DNA of 64,000 nucleotides. It comes from Brevundimonas sp. (GTDB taxonomy: Bacteria; Pseudomonadota; Alphaproteobacteria; Caulobacterales; Caulobacteraceae). A model generated the notes under the pieces. That model did not search any database, had not been told where the DNA came from, and saw only the letters and a list, made by a program, of their open reading frames with translations. Made by a program: the position numbers and the translations under genes. This document shows positions 50,428 to 60,891 of this stretch, one piece after another; the stretch's first letter is position 1; each line of letters opens with the position of its first letter. The stretch spans positions 8,009 to 72,008 of the forward strand of contig NZ_JABAZW010000013.1 in the NCBI RefSeq assembly GCF_018608325.1, read 5' to 3'.

Positions 50428-50682
50428 ATGACCCCGCTCGCCGACATGATCCCCGCAATGACCGATGCTGACCTTGTCAGCCTGCGCGCCAATGCTGCGC
50501 GTCTGGTCGAGACCGGCGCCTCGACGCAGGTGATCGCCGCCTCCGACATCCTGCCGGTCATCGACACCGAAATCGCGCGTCGCGCGTCTCTGCCAAAGGC
50601 CGCAAAAGCCCCGGTGAAACGCGCCGCGCCCAAGAAGAAACTGCCCCCCGTCACCGGCCACCAGACCGCCCTGCCGGGTTGA
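50428..50682 (+). CDS. Hypothetical protein
   Basis: From the ORF track. The C-terminus is Lys/Ala/Pro-rich. Confidence 0.45.
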   Translation: MTPLADMIPAMTDADLVSLRANAARLVETGASTQVIAASDILPVIDTEIARRASLPKAAKAPVKRAAPKKKLPPVTGHQTALPG

Positions 50683-50689
50683 GTTTTCG

Positions 50690-50733
50690 TTCAGACCGTC
50701 ATCCCGTCGTCGTGGCAAGGATGACGGTCTGAA
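50690..50733. repeat. Perfect 15-bp inverted repeat hairpin between convergent genes
   Basis: TTCAGACCGTCATCC (50690-50704) pairs with GGATGACGGTCTGAA (50719-50733) around a 14-nt loop. No flanking U-tract on either strand. Confidence 0.8.
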
Positions 50734-50739
50734 ACCCCA

Positions 50740-51903
50740 TCAGGCCAGCGCCTGATCCAGATCGGCGATCAGGTCCTCGACATTCTCCACTCCAACCGAC
50801 AGGCGGATCAGATTATCCGTCACGCCGCCTGCTTCGCGGACTTCTTTCGGGACCGAGGCGTGGGTCATGATCGCCGGGTGGTTCACCAGGCTTTCGACGC
50901 CGCCCAGCGACTCCGCCAGCGTAAAGACCTGCACCCGCTCCAGAACGCGCTTGGTGCGCTCCAGATCGCCGTCCAGGATCACCGTCACCATGCCGCCGAA
51001 CCCGCCGCTCATCTGGCGCGCGGCCAGCTCGTGCTGCGGGTGGGCGATCAGGCCGGGATAGATGACCTTGGCGATGCCTGAGCGCGTCTCCAGCCAGCGG
51101 GCGATGGTCAGCGCGTTCTCGCAGTGCGCCTTCATCCGCAGCGCCAGCGTCTTCAGGCCGCGATTGGCCAGGAAGGCGTCGAACGGCCCCATGATCCCGC
51201 CGACCGAGTTCTGCAGGAACTTGATCCGCGTCGCCAGATCGGCGTCACCCGTCACCAGCACGCCGCCGATGATGTCCGAATGGCCGTTCAGATATTTGGT
51301 CGCGGAGTGCATGACGATGTCCGCGCCCAGTCCCAGCGGCTGCTGGCAGAAGGGGGTGGCGAAGGTGTTATCCACCACCAGCAGCAGGCCATGTGCCTTG
51401 GCCACCTTGGACAGGGCGGCGATGTCGGCCAGCTTCATCAGCGGATTGGTCGGCGTCTCGACCCACAGCATCTTCGTCTTGGGCGTGATCGCCGCCTCGA
51501 CCGCGGCGATGTCGCTCAGGTCCACATAGGCGAAGTCCAGCCCCATGGTGCGCCGACGCACCCGCTCGAACAGGCGCCACGATCCGCCGTACAGATCATC
51601 ACCCGTCACGATGTGATCGCCCGCGTCCAGCAGCTCCAGCGCCGTCGAGGTCGCCGCCATGCCCGAGCCGAAACCGAACCCGTGCGTGCCGCCTTCCAGA
51701 TCAGCGATACAGGCCTCGAACGCCTCACGCGTCGGGTTCTTGCCTCGCGCATATTCGTACCCCTTGTTCACACCCGGACTTTCCTGGGCATAGGTCGAGG
51801 TGGCGTAGATCGGCGTCATCACGGCGCCCGTGGTCGGGTCGGGATGCTGACCGGCGTGGATGGCGCGGGTCGAGAAACCCTGGCTGTTTTTCTTGTCAGA
51901 CAT
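50740..51903 (-). CDS. Cystathionine gamma-lyase/synthase family PLP enzyme (probably cystathionine gamma-lyase)
   Basis: Cys/Met-metabolism PLP family motifs (..HSATKYLNGHSD..). Its start lies 4 nt downstream of the CBS gene stop, suggesting co-transcription. Confidence 0.9.
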   Translation of the reverse strand: MSDKKNSQGFSTRAIHAGQHPDPTTGAVMTPIYATSTYAQESPGVNKGYEYARGKNPTREAFEACIADLEGGTHGFGFGSGMAATSTALELLDAGDHIVTGDDLYGGSWRLFERVRRRTMGLDFAYVDLSDIAAVEAAITPKTKMLWVETPTNPLMKLADIAALSKVAKAHGLLLVVDNTFATPFCQQPLGLGADIVMHSATKYLNGHSDIIGGVLVTGDADLATRIKFLQNSVGGIMGPFDAFLANRGLKTLALRMKAHCENALTIARWLETRSGIAKVIYPGLIAHPQHELAARQMSGGFGGMVTVILDGDLERTKRVLERVQVFTLAESLGGVESLVNHPAIMTHASVPKEVREAGGVTDNLIRLSVGVENVEDLIADLDQALA

Positions 51904-51907
51904 GAGC

Positions 51908-53320
51908 TTAGCGATTCAGGCTGAGGTGGTTGATCAGGTCGGTGCGGGTGATCAGGCCGACGAACTTCTCGCCGTCCAGCACGATGGCCACCCGGTCGCG
52001 GTCGAAGACGGGGATCAGGGCGTCCAGAGACTCATTCACCTGAACCGTATCCAGATCGCGCGTCATGGCCGACGACACCGGCTTGGCGAAGCGTTCATTA
52101 CGCGTGATCTCGTCGGTGTTCATCACCTGGATCAGGTCGCTTTCGTCCAGAATGCCGACCAGACGGCCATCGTCGATGATCGGCAGTTGCGACACGTCGG
52201 CGCCCTTCATCCGCTTGAAGGCGGTGTCCAGGGTGTCGTCCGGCCCGGCGACGACCACATCGCCCTTTTCGTATTTGCGGTTGATCAGGTCCGACAGGTC
52301 GCCATGCAACTGGCGCTCGCCCAGACCCTGATCGGCCAGCCAGGCGTCGTTATAGACCTTGGACAGATATTTGGCGCCGGTGTCGCAGACGAAGGTGACG
52401 CAGGTCTTGGCCTCGGTCTGCTCGCGGCACCAGCGCAGGGCGGCGGCGATCAGGGTGCCGGACGACGAGCCCGCCAGAATCCCTTCCTTCAGCAGCAGAT
52501 CGCGCGCCGTGCTGATCGCCTCGGCGTCAGAGATCGAATAGGCCTTGTCGATCAGGCTCATGTCCGCCGTATCAGGCACGAAATTCTGACCGATGCCCTC
52601 GACGGTGTAGCTGCCTTCCGGCCCCGGCACGCCCTCGTTGACGATGCCCGCCAGCGTCGAACCGACCGGATCGGCCAGAATGATCTCGGCCTTGGAGCCA
52701 ACGCTCTTCAGATAGCGCGCCGTGCCGGTGATCGTCCCGCCCGAGCCGATCCCTGCGACCAAGGCGTCGATATCGCCGCCGGTCTGGCTCCAGATTTCCG
52801 GCCCCGTGGTCTTCACATGGGCTTCGGCATTGGCGTCATTGGCGAACTGGTTGACGTAGAAGCCGCCCGGAATGCCCTGCGCCAGACGCTCGGCCATGTC
52901 AGTGTAATATTCAGGATGCCCGTGCGGAACGTCCGAGCGCGTCAGGCGTACATCGGCGCCCATGGCCCGCAGATGCTGGATCTTTTCCTTGGACATCTTG
53001 TCAGGAATGACCAGAAGCACCTTATATCCCCGCGCCCGGCCGACCAGTGTCAGCGCCAGGCCCGTATTGCCGGCCGTCGCCTCGACGATGGTGCCGCCCT
53101 CTTTCAGGAAGCCTTCCTTCTCCGCCGCATCCAACATCTCGACCGCAATCCGGTCCTTGATCGATCCGCCGGGGTTCTGGGATTCCAGCTTGAGCAGCAG
53201 CCGGCATTTCCCGGTGTCGATCTTCGTCACCTCCACCATCGGCGTCTTGCCGATCAGATCCAGCGGCGACTTCACAGGCGCGCTCAGGGCGGGTGCAGAG
53301 AGGGACATCAACGACTCCAT
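51908..53320 (-). CDS. Cystathionine beta-synthase (PALP domain plus CBS pair)
   Basis: ..ESQNPGGSIKDR.. PLP site, and a C-terminal tandem CBS domain region. Confidence 0.9.
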   Translation of the reverse strand: MESLMSLSAPALSAPVKSPLDLIGKTPMVEVTKIDTGKCRLLLKLESQNPGGSIKDRIAVEMLDAAEKEGFLKEGGTIVEATAGNTGLALTLVGRARGYKVLLVIPDKMSKEKIQHLRAMGADVRLTRSDVPHGHPEYYTDMAERLAQGIPGGFYVNQFANDANAEAHVKTTGPEIWSQTGGDIDALVAGIGSGGTITGTARYLKSVGSKAEIILADPVGSTLAGIVNEGVPGPEGSYTVEGIGQNFVPDTADMSLIDKAYSISDAEAISTARDLLLKEGILAGSSSGTLIAAALRWCREQTEAKTCVTFVCDTGAKYLSKVYNDAWLADQGLGERQLHGDLSDLINRKYEKGDVVVAGPDDTLDTAFKRMKGADVSQLPIIDDGRLVGILDESDLIQVMNTDEITRNERFAKPVSSAMTRDLDTVQVNESLDALIPVFDRDRVAIVLDGEKFVGLITRTDLINHLSLNR

Positions 53321-53413
53321 TCGGGGTTCAGCGGAAGCTGAAGCTCCGCAATCACTCGGTCAACTCATGCAAGATTTGACCCAAGGGCGCGGTTCCGCGC
53401 TACGAAAGACATA

Positions 53414-55723
53414 ATGAGCAATTCACCCAAGAGGCCGCCTGCCGGTCTCCCCGACAAAGACACCCTCCTCGCCTTCCTGCGCGAGGCCGGATCGGCCGAG
53501 AAGACCGACATCGCACGCCACTTCGGGCTGAAGGGCGGTGACCGCCGGGCCCTGCGCGAAATGATCCGCGAGCTGGAAGCCGAAGGAAAACTGGGCAAAC
53601 GCGGCCGCAAGGGCTTTTCCGAAGCCGGCGCCCTGCCCCCCGTCGGCGTCGCCGATGTGATCGAGCGCGACGCCGACGGCGAAATGTACGTCCGTCTGGT
53701 CGAGGCCAGCCCCGACGCGCCGCACGCGCTGCTGATCCCCGACAAGACCAAGGCCGCCCCCGGCATGGGCGACCGGCTGCTGGTCAAGTTCCAGCGCGGC
53801 GCCGAGGGCTGGGAAGCCCGCCTGATCAAGAAACTGGATATCGGCACGAACCGTGTTCTGGGCGTGATCCGCAAATCGGCGCGCGAGACGCGGGTCGAGC
53901 CGGTCGACCGCCGCTCCAAGGACGTGCTGCTGGTGCCTCAGGCCCAGTCCGGCGACCTGCGCGACGGCGATCTGGTCCTGGCCGCCATCGAAAAGGGCGA
54001 GCATCGCTATGGCCCCAAACGCGGCAAAATCCTTGAGAACATCGGTAAGGAGGACGATCCCCGCGCCGCCTCCCTGATCGCCATCTACGCCCACAGCATC
54101 CCGACCGGCTTCTCCGAGGCCGTCGAGCGCGAGGCCGAGGATCAGGAACTGCCGACGCTGAAGGGCCGCGAAGACCTGCGCGACGTTCCCTTTATCACCA
54201 TCGACCCTGCCGACGCGCGCGACCACGACGACGCCGTCTATGCCGTGCGCGACGAAGACCCCAAGAATGAAGGCGGCTGGATCGTCTGGGTCGCCATCGC
54301 CGATGTCGCCGCCTACGTCCGTCCCGGCTCCCAACTGGACCGCGAGGCCCGCGAAAAGGGCAACTCGACCTACTTCCCCGACCGCGTCGAGCCGATGCTG
54401 CCGGAACTGCTGTCGAACGGCCTGTGCAGCTTGAAGGAAGGCGAGAACCGCGCCTGCATGGCCGTGCGCATGGTCTTCGACAAGGATGGCCGCAAGACGG
54501 GCCACAAGTTCGTGCGCGGCCTGATGCGCTCGCACGCCAAGCTTAGCTATGAACAGGCTCAGGCCGCCATCGACGGCCAGACTGACGACGCCACCGGCCC
54601 GATCATGGAGGCCATCCTCTATCCGCTGTGGAACGCCTATCACGCCATGCTGAAGGGCCGCCTGAAGCGCAGCCCCCTGCAGATCGAATCCGCCGAGCGC
54701 CACATCCGAATGGCGCCGGATGGCGGTATCGCCTCCATCGAGAAGCGCACCTCGCTTGAGGCGCACCGGCTGATCGAGGAGATGATGATCCAGGCCAACG
54801 TCTGCGCCGCCGAGACGCTGGAGCAGAAGAAGACGCCGCTGATCTACCGCATCCACGACGCGCCCAGTCAGGAGAAGATCTTCAATCTGGCCGACTTCCT
54901 GCACACCATCGGCAAGCCGTGGAACAAGGGCGAGCCGGGCACGACCAAGCGGTTCAACAAGCTGCTGGACGAGACGCGCGACACCGAACACGCCGATGTG
55001 GTCAACGAGGTCGTCCTGCGCACCCAGATGCAGGCTATCTATTCGCCTGAGAACGTGGGCCACTTCGGTCTGAACCTTGACCGCTACGCCCACTTCACCT
55101 CGCCGATCCGGCGCTATTCCGACCTGATCGTGCACCGGGGCCTGATCCGCGCATTGAATCTCGGCAAGGACGGTCTGACCGACCGCGAGATCGCCGAACT
55201 GCCCGCCATCGCCGAACAGGTCACCTCGACCGAGCGGCGCTCCATGGCCGCTGAACGCGACGCGATGGACCGCTATATCGCCGCCTTCCTTGAGGAGCAT
55301 ATCGGCGCGACCTTCGCTGGACGCATTACCGGCGTGACTCGTTTTGGCCTGTTCATCCGTCTGGAGGACACGGGCGCGGATGGTCTGGTCCCCGTCTCGA
55401 CCCTGGGCAGCGAGTATTTCACCCATGACGACCGGGCCCACGCCCTGGTCGGCGAACGCACCGGCAAGCGGTTCACCCTGGGCCGGATGGTCGAGGTCAA
55501 GCTGCGCGAGGCTACGCCCGTCACCGGCGGTCTGGTCTTTGAAATGCTCAGCGAGCCGGAGCCCCGCGATCCCAACGCCCCGGCCCCGCGCTATGGCATC
55601 CGTGGACGCGGCGGCGACGGCCCGCCCATGCGGGGCAAGAACCGGCCCGGCGGCCCCAAGCCTCCAAAGGGCGGTCGTCCCTCTGGCGGCCTGAAGGGCG
55701 TGCGAAAGGGCAAGCGGAAGTGA
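53414..55723 (+). CDS. rnr: Ribonuclease R
   Basis: RNB domain motifs (ITIDPADARDHDDAV..), a C-terminal S1 domain and a basic tail. Confidence 0.95.
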   Translation: MSNSPKRPPAGLPDKDTLLAFLREAGSAEKTDIARHFGLKGGDRRALREMIRELEAEGKLGKRGRKGFSEAGALPPVGVADVIERDADGEMYVRLVEASPDAPHALLIPDKTKAAPGMGDRLLVKFQRGAEGWEARLIKKLDIGTNRVLGVIRKSARETRVEPVDRRSKDVLLVPQAQSGDLRDGDLVLAAIEKGEHRYGPKRGKILENIGKEDDPRAASLIAIYAHSIPTGFSEAVEREAEDQELPTLKGREDLRDVPFITIDPADARDHDDAVYAVRDEDPKNEGGWIVWVAIADVAAYVRPGSQLDREAREKGNSTYFPDRVEPMLPELLSNGLCSLKEGENRACMAVRMVFDKDGRKTGHKFVRGLMRSHAKLSYEQAQAAIDGQTDDATGPIMEAILYPLWNAYHAMLKGRLKRSPLQIESAERHIRMAPDGGIASIEKRTSLEAHRLIEEMMIQANVCAAETLEQKKTPLIYRIHDAPSQEKIFNLADFLHTIGKPWNKGEPGTTKRFNKLLDETRDTEHADVVNEVVLRTQMQAIYSPENVGHFGLNLDRYAHFTSPIRRYSDLIVHRGLIRALNLGKDGLTDREIAELPAIAEQVTSTERRSMAAERDAMDRYIAAFLEEHIGATFAGRITGVTRFGLFIRLEDTGADGLVPVSTLGSEYFTHDDRAHALVGERTGKRFTLGRMVEVKLREATPVTGGLVFEMLSEPEPRDPNAPAPRYGIRGRGGDGPPMRGKNRPGGPKPPKGGRPSGGLKGVRKGKRK

Positions 55724-56408
55724 ACCAGCCCTTCGATGCCGCACAGGATCTGGCCGACGCCCCGCGCGTCGGCGGCGCCCAGCGGCCGAAGGATGCCGCC
55801 ACCCTGATCCTGACGCGCGGCGGATCGAAACCCGAAGTCCTGATGGGCCGCCGCGCGCCCGGCCATGTCTTCATGGCGTCGAAATGGGTCTTTCCGGGCG
55901 GGCGCATAGACAGGGCGGACTTCACCGCCGCCTCGGCTGGCGACCTGTCCTCCGATGCAGCGCGTCGGCTGACGGCCGCGCCCGCGCCCTGGCCCTGACG
56001 GCGGTGCGCGAGACGTTCGAAGAAACCGGCCTGATCCTGGGTCGCCCCGCCCCGCCAGCCAGTGTCGCCGGGCCGTGGCGGGAATACCGACAGACGGGCG
56101 CCCTGCCCGACCTGTCCGTCCTGTCCTACATCGCCCGCGCCATCACCCCGCCGGGGCGCACGCGCCGCTTTGACGCCCGTTTCTTCATGGCCCCGGCCGA
56201 GGCCCTGCTGACGCCCGAACCGACCTCAGGCTCTGGTGAACTGGACGAGATCGCCTGGCTGCCTCTGGACGAGGCCCGCGCCCTGGACCTGCCCGCCATC
56301 ACCCGTTTCGTGCTGGGGGAGTTGGCCGAACGGCTGGAGCACCCCGACCGCCCCCTGCCCTTCGTTCGCATGGTGCGCGGCCAGCATGTGGTGGAACACA
56401 GGGACTAA
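55720..56408 (+). pseudogene. NUDIX hydrolase split by a frameshift (or a sequencing error)
   Basis: The first half of the Nudix box (WVFPGGRIDRADF) is in ORF 55720-55998. The second half (AVRETFEETGLIL) is in ORF 55884-56408, in a different frame. The frame switch must lie within about 55955-55995, in a GC-rich run. Confidence 0.7.
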
Positions 56409-56412
56409 GGAC

Positions 56413-56826
56413 ATGGCGGGCCAGACCATCACCCTTCGGCTGACGATCCACGCCCCGGTCCCCCGCGTCGCCTACAGCCTGCAGGACAAGGCCAACGCCC
56501 CCGTCGAGGCCCGCATCGCCAGCGACAGCCCGCTCAGTTTCGACGTGCCGGTCACCCTGACCGACGACACCCGCTTCACCGGCCCCTTCGTGCGGCGCGA
56601 AGGCCCCACACGCCGCTTCGTCTATATCTGCATCGGCGCATCGGCTGGCCAGCACGGCAGCGAATGGAGCCGCCGCGCCAAGATCGACATTCACGACATC
56701 CCCGCCGCCCTGCTGGCTCAGGCGCGTGATGGCAAGGCGTTGGAGGTCATCCTGCCCGGGCGCGGCAAGGATGGGACGCCCGCCTGTGCGACGGTGCGTC
56801 CGCTCCAGCCCTGGCGCGTCGTCTGA
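56413..56826 (+). CDS. Hypothetical protein
   Basis: The ATG at 56413 follows AAGGAC. The ORF-track upstream extension overlaps the NUDIX gene. Confidence 0.6.
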   Translation: MAGQTITLRLTIHAPVPRVAYSLQDKANAPVEARIASDSPLSFDVPVTLTDDTRFTGPFVRREGPTRRFVYICIGASAGQHGSEWSRRAKIDIHDIPAALLAQARDGKALEVILPGRGKDGTPACATVRPLQPWRVV

Positions 56827-56827
56827 C

Positions 56828-57394
56828 CTACTGGGCGACCGGCTTGGTCAGGTCGAACTCGACCCGGAAATGCCGGTTGGGACGCCGCAGTTCATAGGCG
56901 AAGGTCTCATGTGGATGGACCTCAAGCGCCCAGACGTTGGTGGTCGAAGCCGCTGCGTTGTTGGCGTTGAACAGGGCGATGGATTCGGCGTCCACCGGGA
57001 ACTCCTGCCGCTCCGCCGTGCCTTCGTTGACCGTATCGCCGCCGTACCAGTGCAGCACGTCGGTCGTGCCGTCCTCATGCCGGTGATCGTGCTTCAGGCG
57101 CAGACCGATATCACGCCTGGTCACAACCCAGGTCCGCGAACGGTCGTCGCCCACGGCGAAGGGAATGCGAATCTCTCCGTCCGAGCAGTCACGGACATGC
57201 ATCAACAGTCGCTTATTGGCGAAATCAGCGTCTGCCGGATCAGTCGTGACAACCCGCCCCTCGAATCGTTGGCCGCACAGGGCGGTCAGGTTGGCGAAGA
57301 AGGCGTCCTGCGGATTCGGGGATTCAGCCCCGCCAGCACAGGATGAAAGGGAGAAACCCAGGGCCGTCGCGGCCAGCGCGTATGCTAATTTCAT
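56828..57394 (-). CDS. Lipoprotein, hypothetical
   Basis: The signal and lipobox read MKLAYALAATALGFSLSS-C. Confidence 0.65.
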   Translation of the reverse strand: MKLAYALAATALGFSLSSCAGGAESPNPQDAFFANLTALCGQRFEGRVVTTDPADADFANKRLLMHVRDCSDGEIRIPFAVGDDRSRTWVVTRRDIGLRLKHDHRHEDGTTDVLHWYGGDTVNEGTAERQEFPVDAESIALFNANNAAASTTNVWALEVHPHETFAYELRRPNRHFRVEFDLTKPVAQ

Positions 57395-57444
57395 GCTCCG
57401 ACCCTATATGTGCGAAATCCCCTATCAACGTGGCATCACGCCCG

Positions 57445-57472
57445 TTGACTTTAGGCCGTGCCTGAGTATGTT
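57445..57472 (+). promoter_or_regulatory. Sigma70-type promoter candidate for rpmG
   Basis: TTGACT (57445-57450), 16-nt spacer, TATGTT (57467-57472). Confidence 0.35.
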
Positions 57473-57519
57473 CCGCGCCTCTTATTTTAAGCGGCTGTCG
57501 CCGTCGTAGAGGTATTCCG

Positions 57520-57687
57520 ATGGCCAAACCGGCTTCCATCAAAATCCGTCTGAACTCCACAGCTGACACCGGCTTCTTCTATGTCACCAAGAAGAACGCC
57601 CGCACCATGACCGAAAAAATGGTCGTCAAGAAGTACGACCCGGTCGTGCGCAAGCACGTCGACTTCAAGGAAGGCAAGATCAAGTAA
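57520..57687 (+). CDS. rpmG: 50S ribosomal protein L33
   Basis: Translated by hand: [55 protein letters not shown] (55 aa, below the ORF-track cutoff). An AGAGG SD lies 7 nt upstream. Confidence 0.95.
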   Translation: MAKPASIKIRLNSTADTGFFYVTKKNARTMTEKMVVKKYDPVVRKHVDFKEGKIK

Positions 57688-57710
57688 GCACTTGATCTGC
57701 TAGAAAATAT

Positions 57711-57747
57711 AACGCCCGGCTGATCACTCAGCCGGGCGTTTTTCTTT
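57711..57747 (+). terminator. Intrinsic terminator of rpmG
   Basis: Perfect 13-bp stem AACGCCCGGCTGA/TCAGCCGGGCGTT with a 4-nt loop, followed by TTTCTTT. Confidence 0.85.
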
Positions 57748-57785
57748 GTCCGAAATGCGCTGTCGTCGGGGCCGCCGAAGGGACT

Positions 57786-59147
57786 TCAGGCGGCCTTGGC
57801 GATGACAATGTTCCGCCCTCTGGCCTTGGCCTCGTACACGCCTTCGTCAGCGCGTTTCAGCAGCAGTTCCGGCGTATCGTCCGCCCCGCCGGTCGCCGCC
57901 ACGCCGATGGATATGGTGATGGTCAGCATTTCCTTGCCGCCCATGATGCGGAACGGCTGAGAGGCCACATCCCGGCGAATCCGCTCGGCGACGCGCTCTG
58001 CGTCCTCCAACGCCGCGCCCGGCATGACGACAACGAACTCCTCGCCGCCCAGACGGCACGGCAGGTCCACGGCCCGCACATTGGTCGCCAGACGCACGGC
58101 GAACTCGATCAGAACCTCATCGCCTGCATCATGGCCAAACCCATCGTTCACCAGCTTGAAGTGATCGATGTCCAGCACCAGCAGGGCGACAGAACTGCCC
58201 CCGTGTCTGGCCCGGTTCACCAGGGCGTCCAGTTGGCCGGACATGTATCGACGATTATGCAGCCCGGTCAGGGCGTCCGTCACCGCCAGCTCAAGGCTGG
58301 AATCCAGCTTGTCGCGCAGGAAGTCGGTGTAACGCTTGCGACGGATCTGGGTGCGCGCGCGCGCCGACAACTCGTCCGGGTCGATGGGCCGGTTGACCAC
58401 GTCCGCGGCGCCCAGCTCCAGCGCCTTGACCATGCGCGCCCGATCCATCGGATCGACCACCGCCAGCACCGGCGCCCGACGCGCATCGCCCGACTTGGAC
58501 AAGGCCAGCACGCGCAGGCCGTCAAAAGTGTCCGCCGCCACATTGACGATGACAAGGTCCAGCGGACCACGCGCGGCTGTGATCGCCGCCTCGGCGTTCG
58601 CCTCGATGGTCACGCGGTGTTCGACGCCCAGTTGGTCGGCGATCTTCTGGGCCTGCGCCGCATTGTCGTCGACGATCAGAACCCGACCGCCCTCGGCCCG
58701 CAGCCGCCTGTCGCTGTCTGTGCTGACGCCGATGCGGCGGCTGTTTTCCTCACGCTCGCGCAGTTCGTCCATCACCTGTTTCAGACGGCTCAGCGAGCGC
58801 ACACGCGCGAACAGGATCACATCGTCCAGCGGCTTGGTGATGAAGTCGTCTGCCCCCGCCTCCAGCCCGCGAATCTTGTCTTCACGACCGTCCAGGGCTG
58901 TGACCAGCACCACCGGAATATGCCGCGTCTCGGCCTGAGCCTTCAAACGGCGACAGGTTTCAAACCCGTCCATGCCCGGCATCATGACGTCCAGCAGGAT
59001 CAGATCCGGCTGGGTTTCGGCCGCCAGCGTCAGCGCCGTCAGACCGTCGTGGCAGGATACGACCTCGAAATACTCGATGGTCAGCTTGGCTTCCAGCAGA
59101 CGCACGTTGGCCTCAACGTCGTCCACGACCATGACCCGCGCGCTCAT
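57786..59147 (-). CDS. pleD: Response regulator diguanylate cyclase PleD (REC-REC-GGDEF)
   Basis: Two receiver domains and a GGDEF domain (..[13 protein letters not shown]..). It is overlap-coupled to divK, as in Caulobacter. Confidence 0.92.
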   Translation of the reverse strand: MSARVMVVDDVEANVRLLEAKLTIEYFEVVSCHDGLTALTLAAETQPDLILLDVMMPGMDGFETCRRLKAQAETRHIPVVLVTALDGREDKIRGLEAGADDFITKPLDDVILFARVRSLSRLKQVMDELREREENSRRIGVSTDSDRRLRAEGGRVLIVDDNAAQAQKIADQLGVEHRVTIEANAEAAITAARGPLDLVIVNVAADTFDGLRVLALSKSGDARRAPVLAVVDPMDRARMVKALELGAADVVNRPIDPDELSARARTQIRRKRYTDFLRDKLDSSLELAVTDALTGLHNRRYMSGQLDALVNRARHGGSSVALLVLDIDHFKLVNDGFGHDAGDEVLIEFAVRLATNVRAVDLPCRLGGEEFVVVMPGAALEDAERVAERIRRDVASQPFRIMGGKEMLTITISIGVAATGGADDTPELLLKRADEGVYEAKARGRNIVIAKAA

Positions 59148-59509
59148 CCCAGGTGCTGCCGGACTGTTTCGAGGAAATGCATCACCGATATGGGCTTGGA
59201 GATATAGGCCTCGCAGCCGCCCTGGCGGATGCGTTCCTCATCACCCTTCATGGCGAAGGCGGTCACGGCGATGACCGGGATGTGGTGCAATTCCTCGTCA
59301 TCCTTCAGCCACTTGGTGACCTCCAGACCAGAGATTTCAGGCAGCTGAATATCCATCAGGATCAGATCGGGAAGGTGCGCGCGCGCCAGCGCCAGGGCCT
59401 GCAGTCCCTCACGGGTCTGCAGGGTTTCATACCCCTGAGAATCGAGCAGATCATGAAAAAGCTTCATGTTCAGCTCGTTATCCTCGACGATGAGGACTTT
59501 CTTGGACAT
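59144..59509 (-). CDS. divK: Single-domain response regulator DivK
   Basis: [54 protein letters not shown].. is near-colinear with Caulobacter DivK. An alternative ATG is at 59512. Confidence 0.92.
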   Translation of the reverse strand: MSKKVLIVEDNELNMKLFHDLLDSQGYETLQTREGLQALALARAHLPDLILMDIQLPEISGLEVTKWLKDDEELHHIPVIAVTAFAMKGDEERIRQGGCEAYISKPISVMHFLETVRQHLG

Positions 59510-59614
59510 CATCACCTGACCTGCGCTCCCCCATACGCGGGACGCTTCGTTGGATGCGATAGTGGGCAAGCAGTCTTAAGTTGGGATGAAGCCAACCTTA
59601 CGGAGACCTTAAGC

Positions 59615-60883
59615 GTGGCCATAAAGGCCATCTGTCGCGACTGCCTGTGGACCGGCGAAGACCCCGCCGGACCGCCTGATCGCCGCTGCCCGTCATGTGG
59701 GTCGCGCCGGATCGTCGCGGACCCCGAACTGGATCAGTTGTCCATCGCCCACATGGACTGCGACGCCTTCTACGCCTCGGTGGAGAAGCGCGACCGGCCC
59801 GAACTGCGCGACAAGCCGGTCATCATCGGCGGGGGCAAGCGCGGCGTCGTCTCCACCGCCTGCTACGTCGCGCGCCAGTACGGCGTCGGCTCGGCCATGC
59901 CGATGTTCAAGGCGTTGAAGGCCTGTCCTGAGGCCGTGGTCATCAAGCCGAACTTCACCAAATACGTCTTTGAATCCGAACGCATCCTTGGCGCTCTGGG
60001 CAGGCTGACGCCCTTGATCCAGCCCCTGTCGCTGGACGAGGCCTGGGTCGACCTGTCCGGCACCGAGCGGCTGAACGGCGGCCCGCCCGCCTTTCAGCTG
60101 ATCCGTTTTCAGAAACAGATCGAGGACGAAACCGGTCTGACCGTCTCCATCGGCCTGGCCCCCAACCGCTTCCTGGCGAAGATGGCGTCAGAGATGGACA
60201 AGCCGCGCGGTTTCTCGGTCGTCGGCAAGGTCAACGCCCAGACCCTGCTGGCTCCGAAACCCGTCACAGCCCTGCCCGGCGTCGGGCCGGTCTTCGGCAA
60301 GGCGCTGCGCAGCGACGGCTACGCCACCATCGGCGATCTGGCGCGGGCCGATGTGCGCGATCTGGTCAAACGGTACGGTGAATCCGGCCTGCGCCTGCAC
60401 GACCTTTCCCACGCCCGCGACGCCCGCGCCGTAAACCCGACCCATGACCGCAAAGGCATGAGCGCCGAAACCACCTTCAACGAAGACCTGATCGCAGCCG
60501 AGGCGCTGGACGCCGAGCTATGGCCCCTGTGCGAAAAACTGGCGTCCAAGGCGCGGCGCGACGGTGTGGCCAGCCGCGTGGTGGTGTTGAAATTGCGCCG
60601 CACGGATTTCAAGATCATCACCCGCCGCATCACCCTTCCCGACCCTGTCCAGACCGCCCGCGTCCTGTTCGCCGCCGGACGCGACCTGCTGAAGCCGGAA
60701 CTGGGCCAGCCCTACCGGCTGATCGGCATCGGCATGGCCGACATCCAGGACGCCGACGACGCCCCCACCGGCCTGTTCCAGACCACCGAAACCCGCGCCC
60801 TGAAGACCGAACGCGCCATCGACAAGCTGCGCGAGAAGTTCGGCAACAACGCCGTAGTGGCGGGCCGCGCGCTGAAGTCATAG
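59615..60883 (+). CDS. dinB: DNA polymerase IV (Y-family) with an N-terminal CxxC..CxxC extension
   Basis: Catalytic start ..[30 protein letters not shown].. The GTG at 59615 follows GGAG. A TTG near 59740 would give a canonical-length protein. Confidence 0.88.
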   Translation: MAIKAICRDCLWTGEDPAGPPDRRCPSCGSRRIVADPELDQLSIAHMDCDAFYASVEKRDRPELRDKPVIIGGGKRGVVSTACYVARQYGVGSAMPMFKALKACPEAVVIKPNFTKYVFESERILGALGRLTPLIQPLSLDEAWVDLSGTERLNGGPPAFQLIRFQKQIEDETGLTVSIGLAPNRFLAKMASEMDKPRGFSVVGKVNAQTLLAPKPVTALPGVGPVFGKALRSDGYATIGDLARADVRDLVKRYGESGLRLHDLSHARDARAVNPTHDRKGMSAETTFNEDLIAAEALDAELWPLCEKLASKARRDGVASRVVVLKLRRTDFKIITRRITLPDPVQTARVLFAAGRDLLKPELGQPYRLIGIGMADIQDADDAPTGLFQTTETRALKTERAIDKLREKFGNNAVVAGRALKS

Positions 60884-60891
60884 GAAGCATC

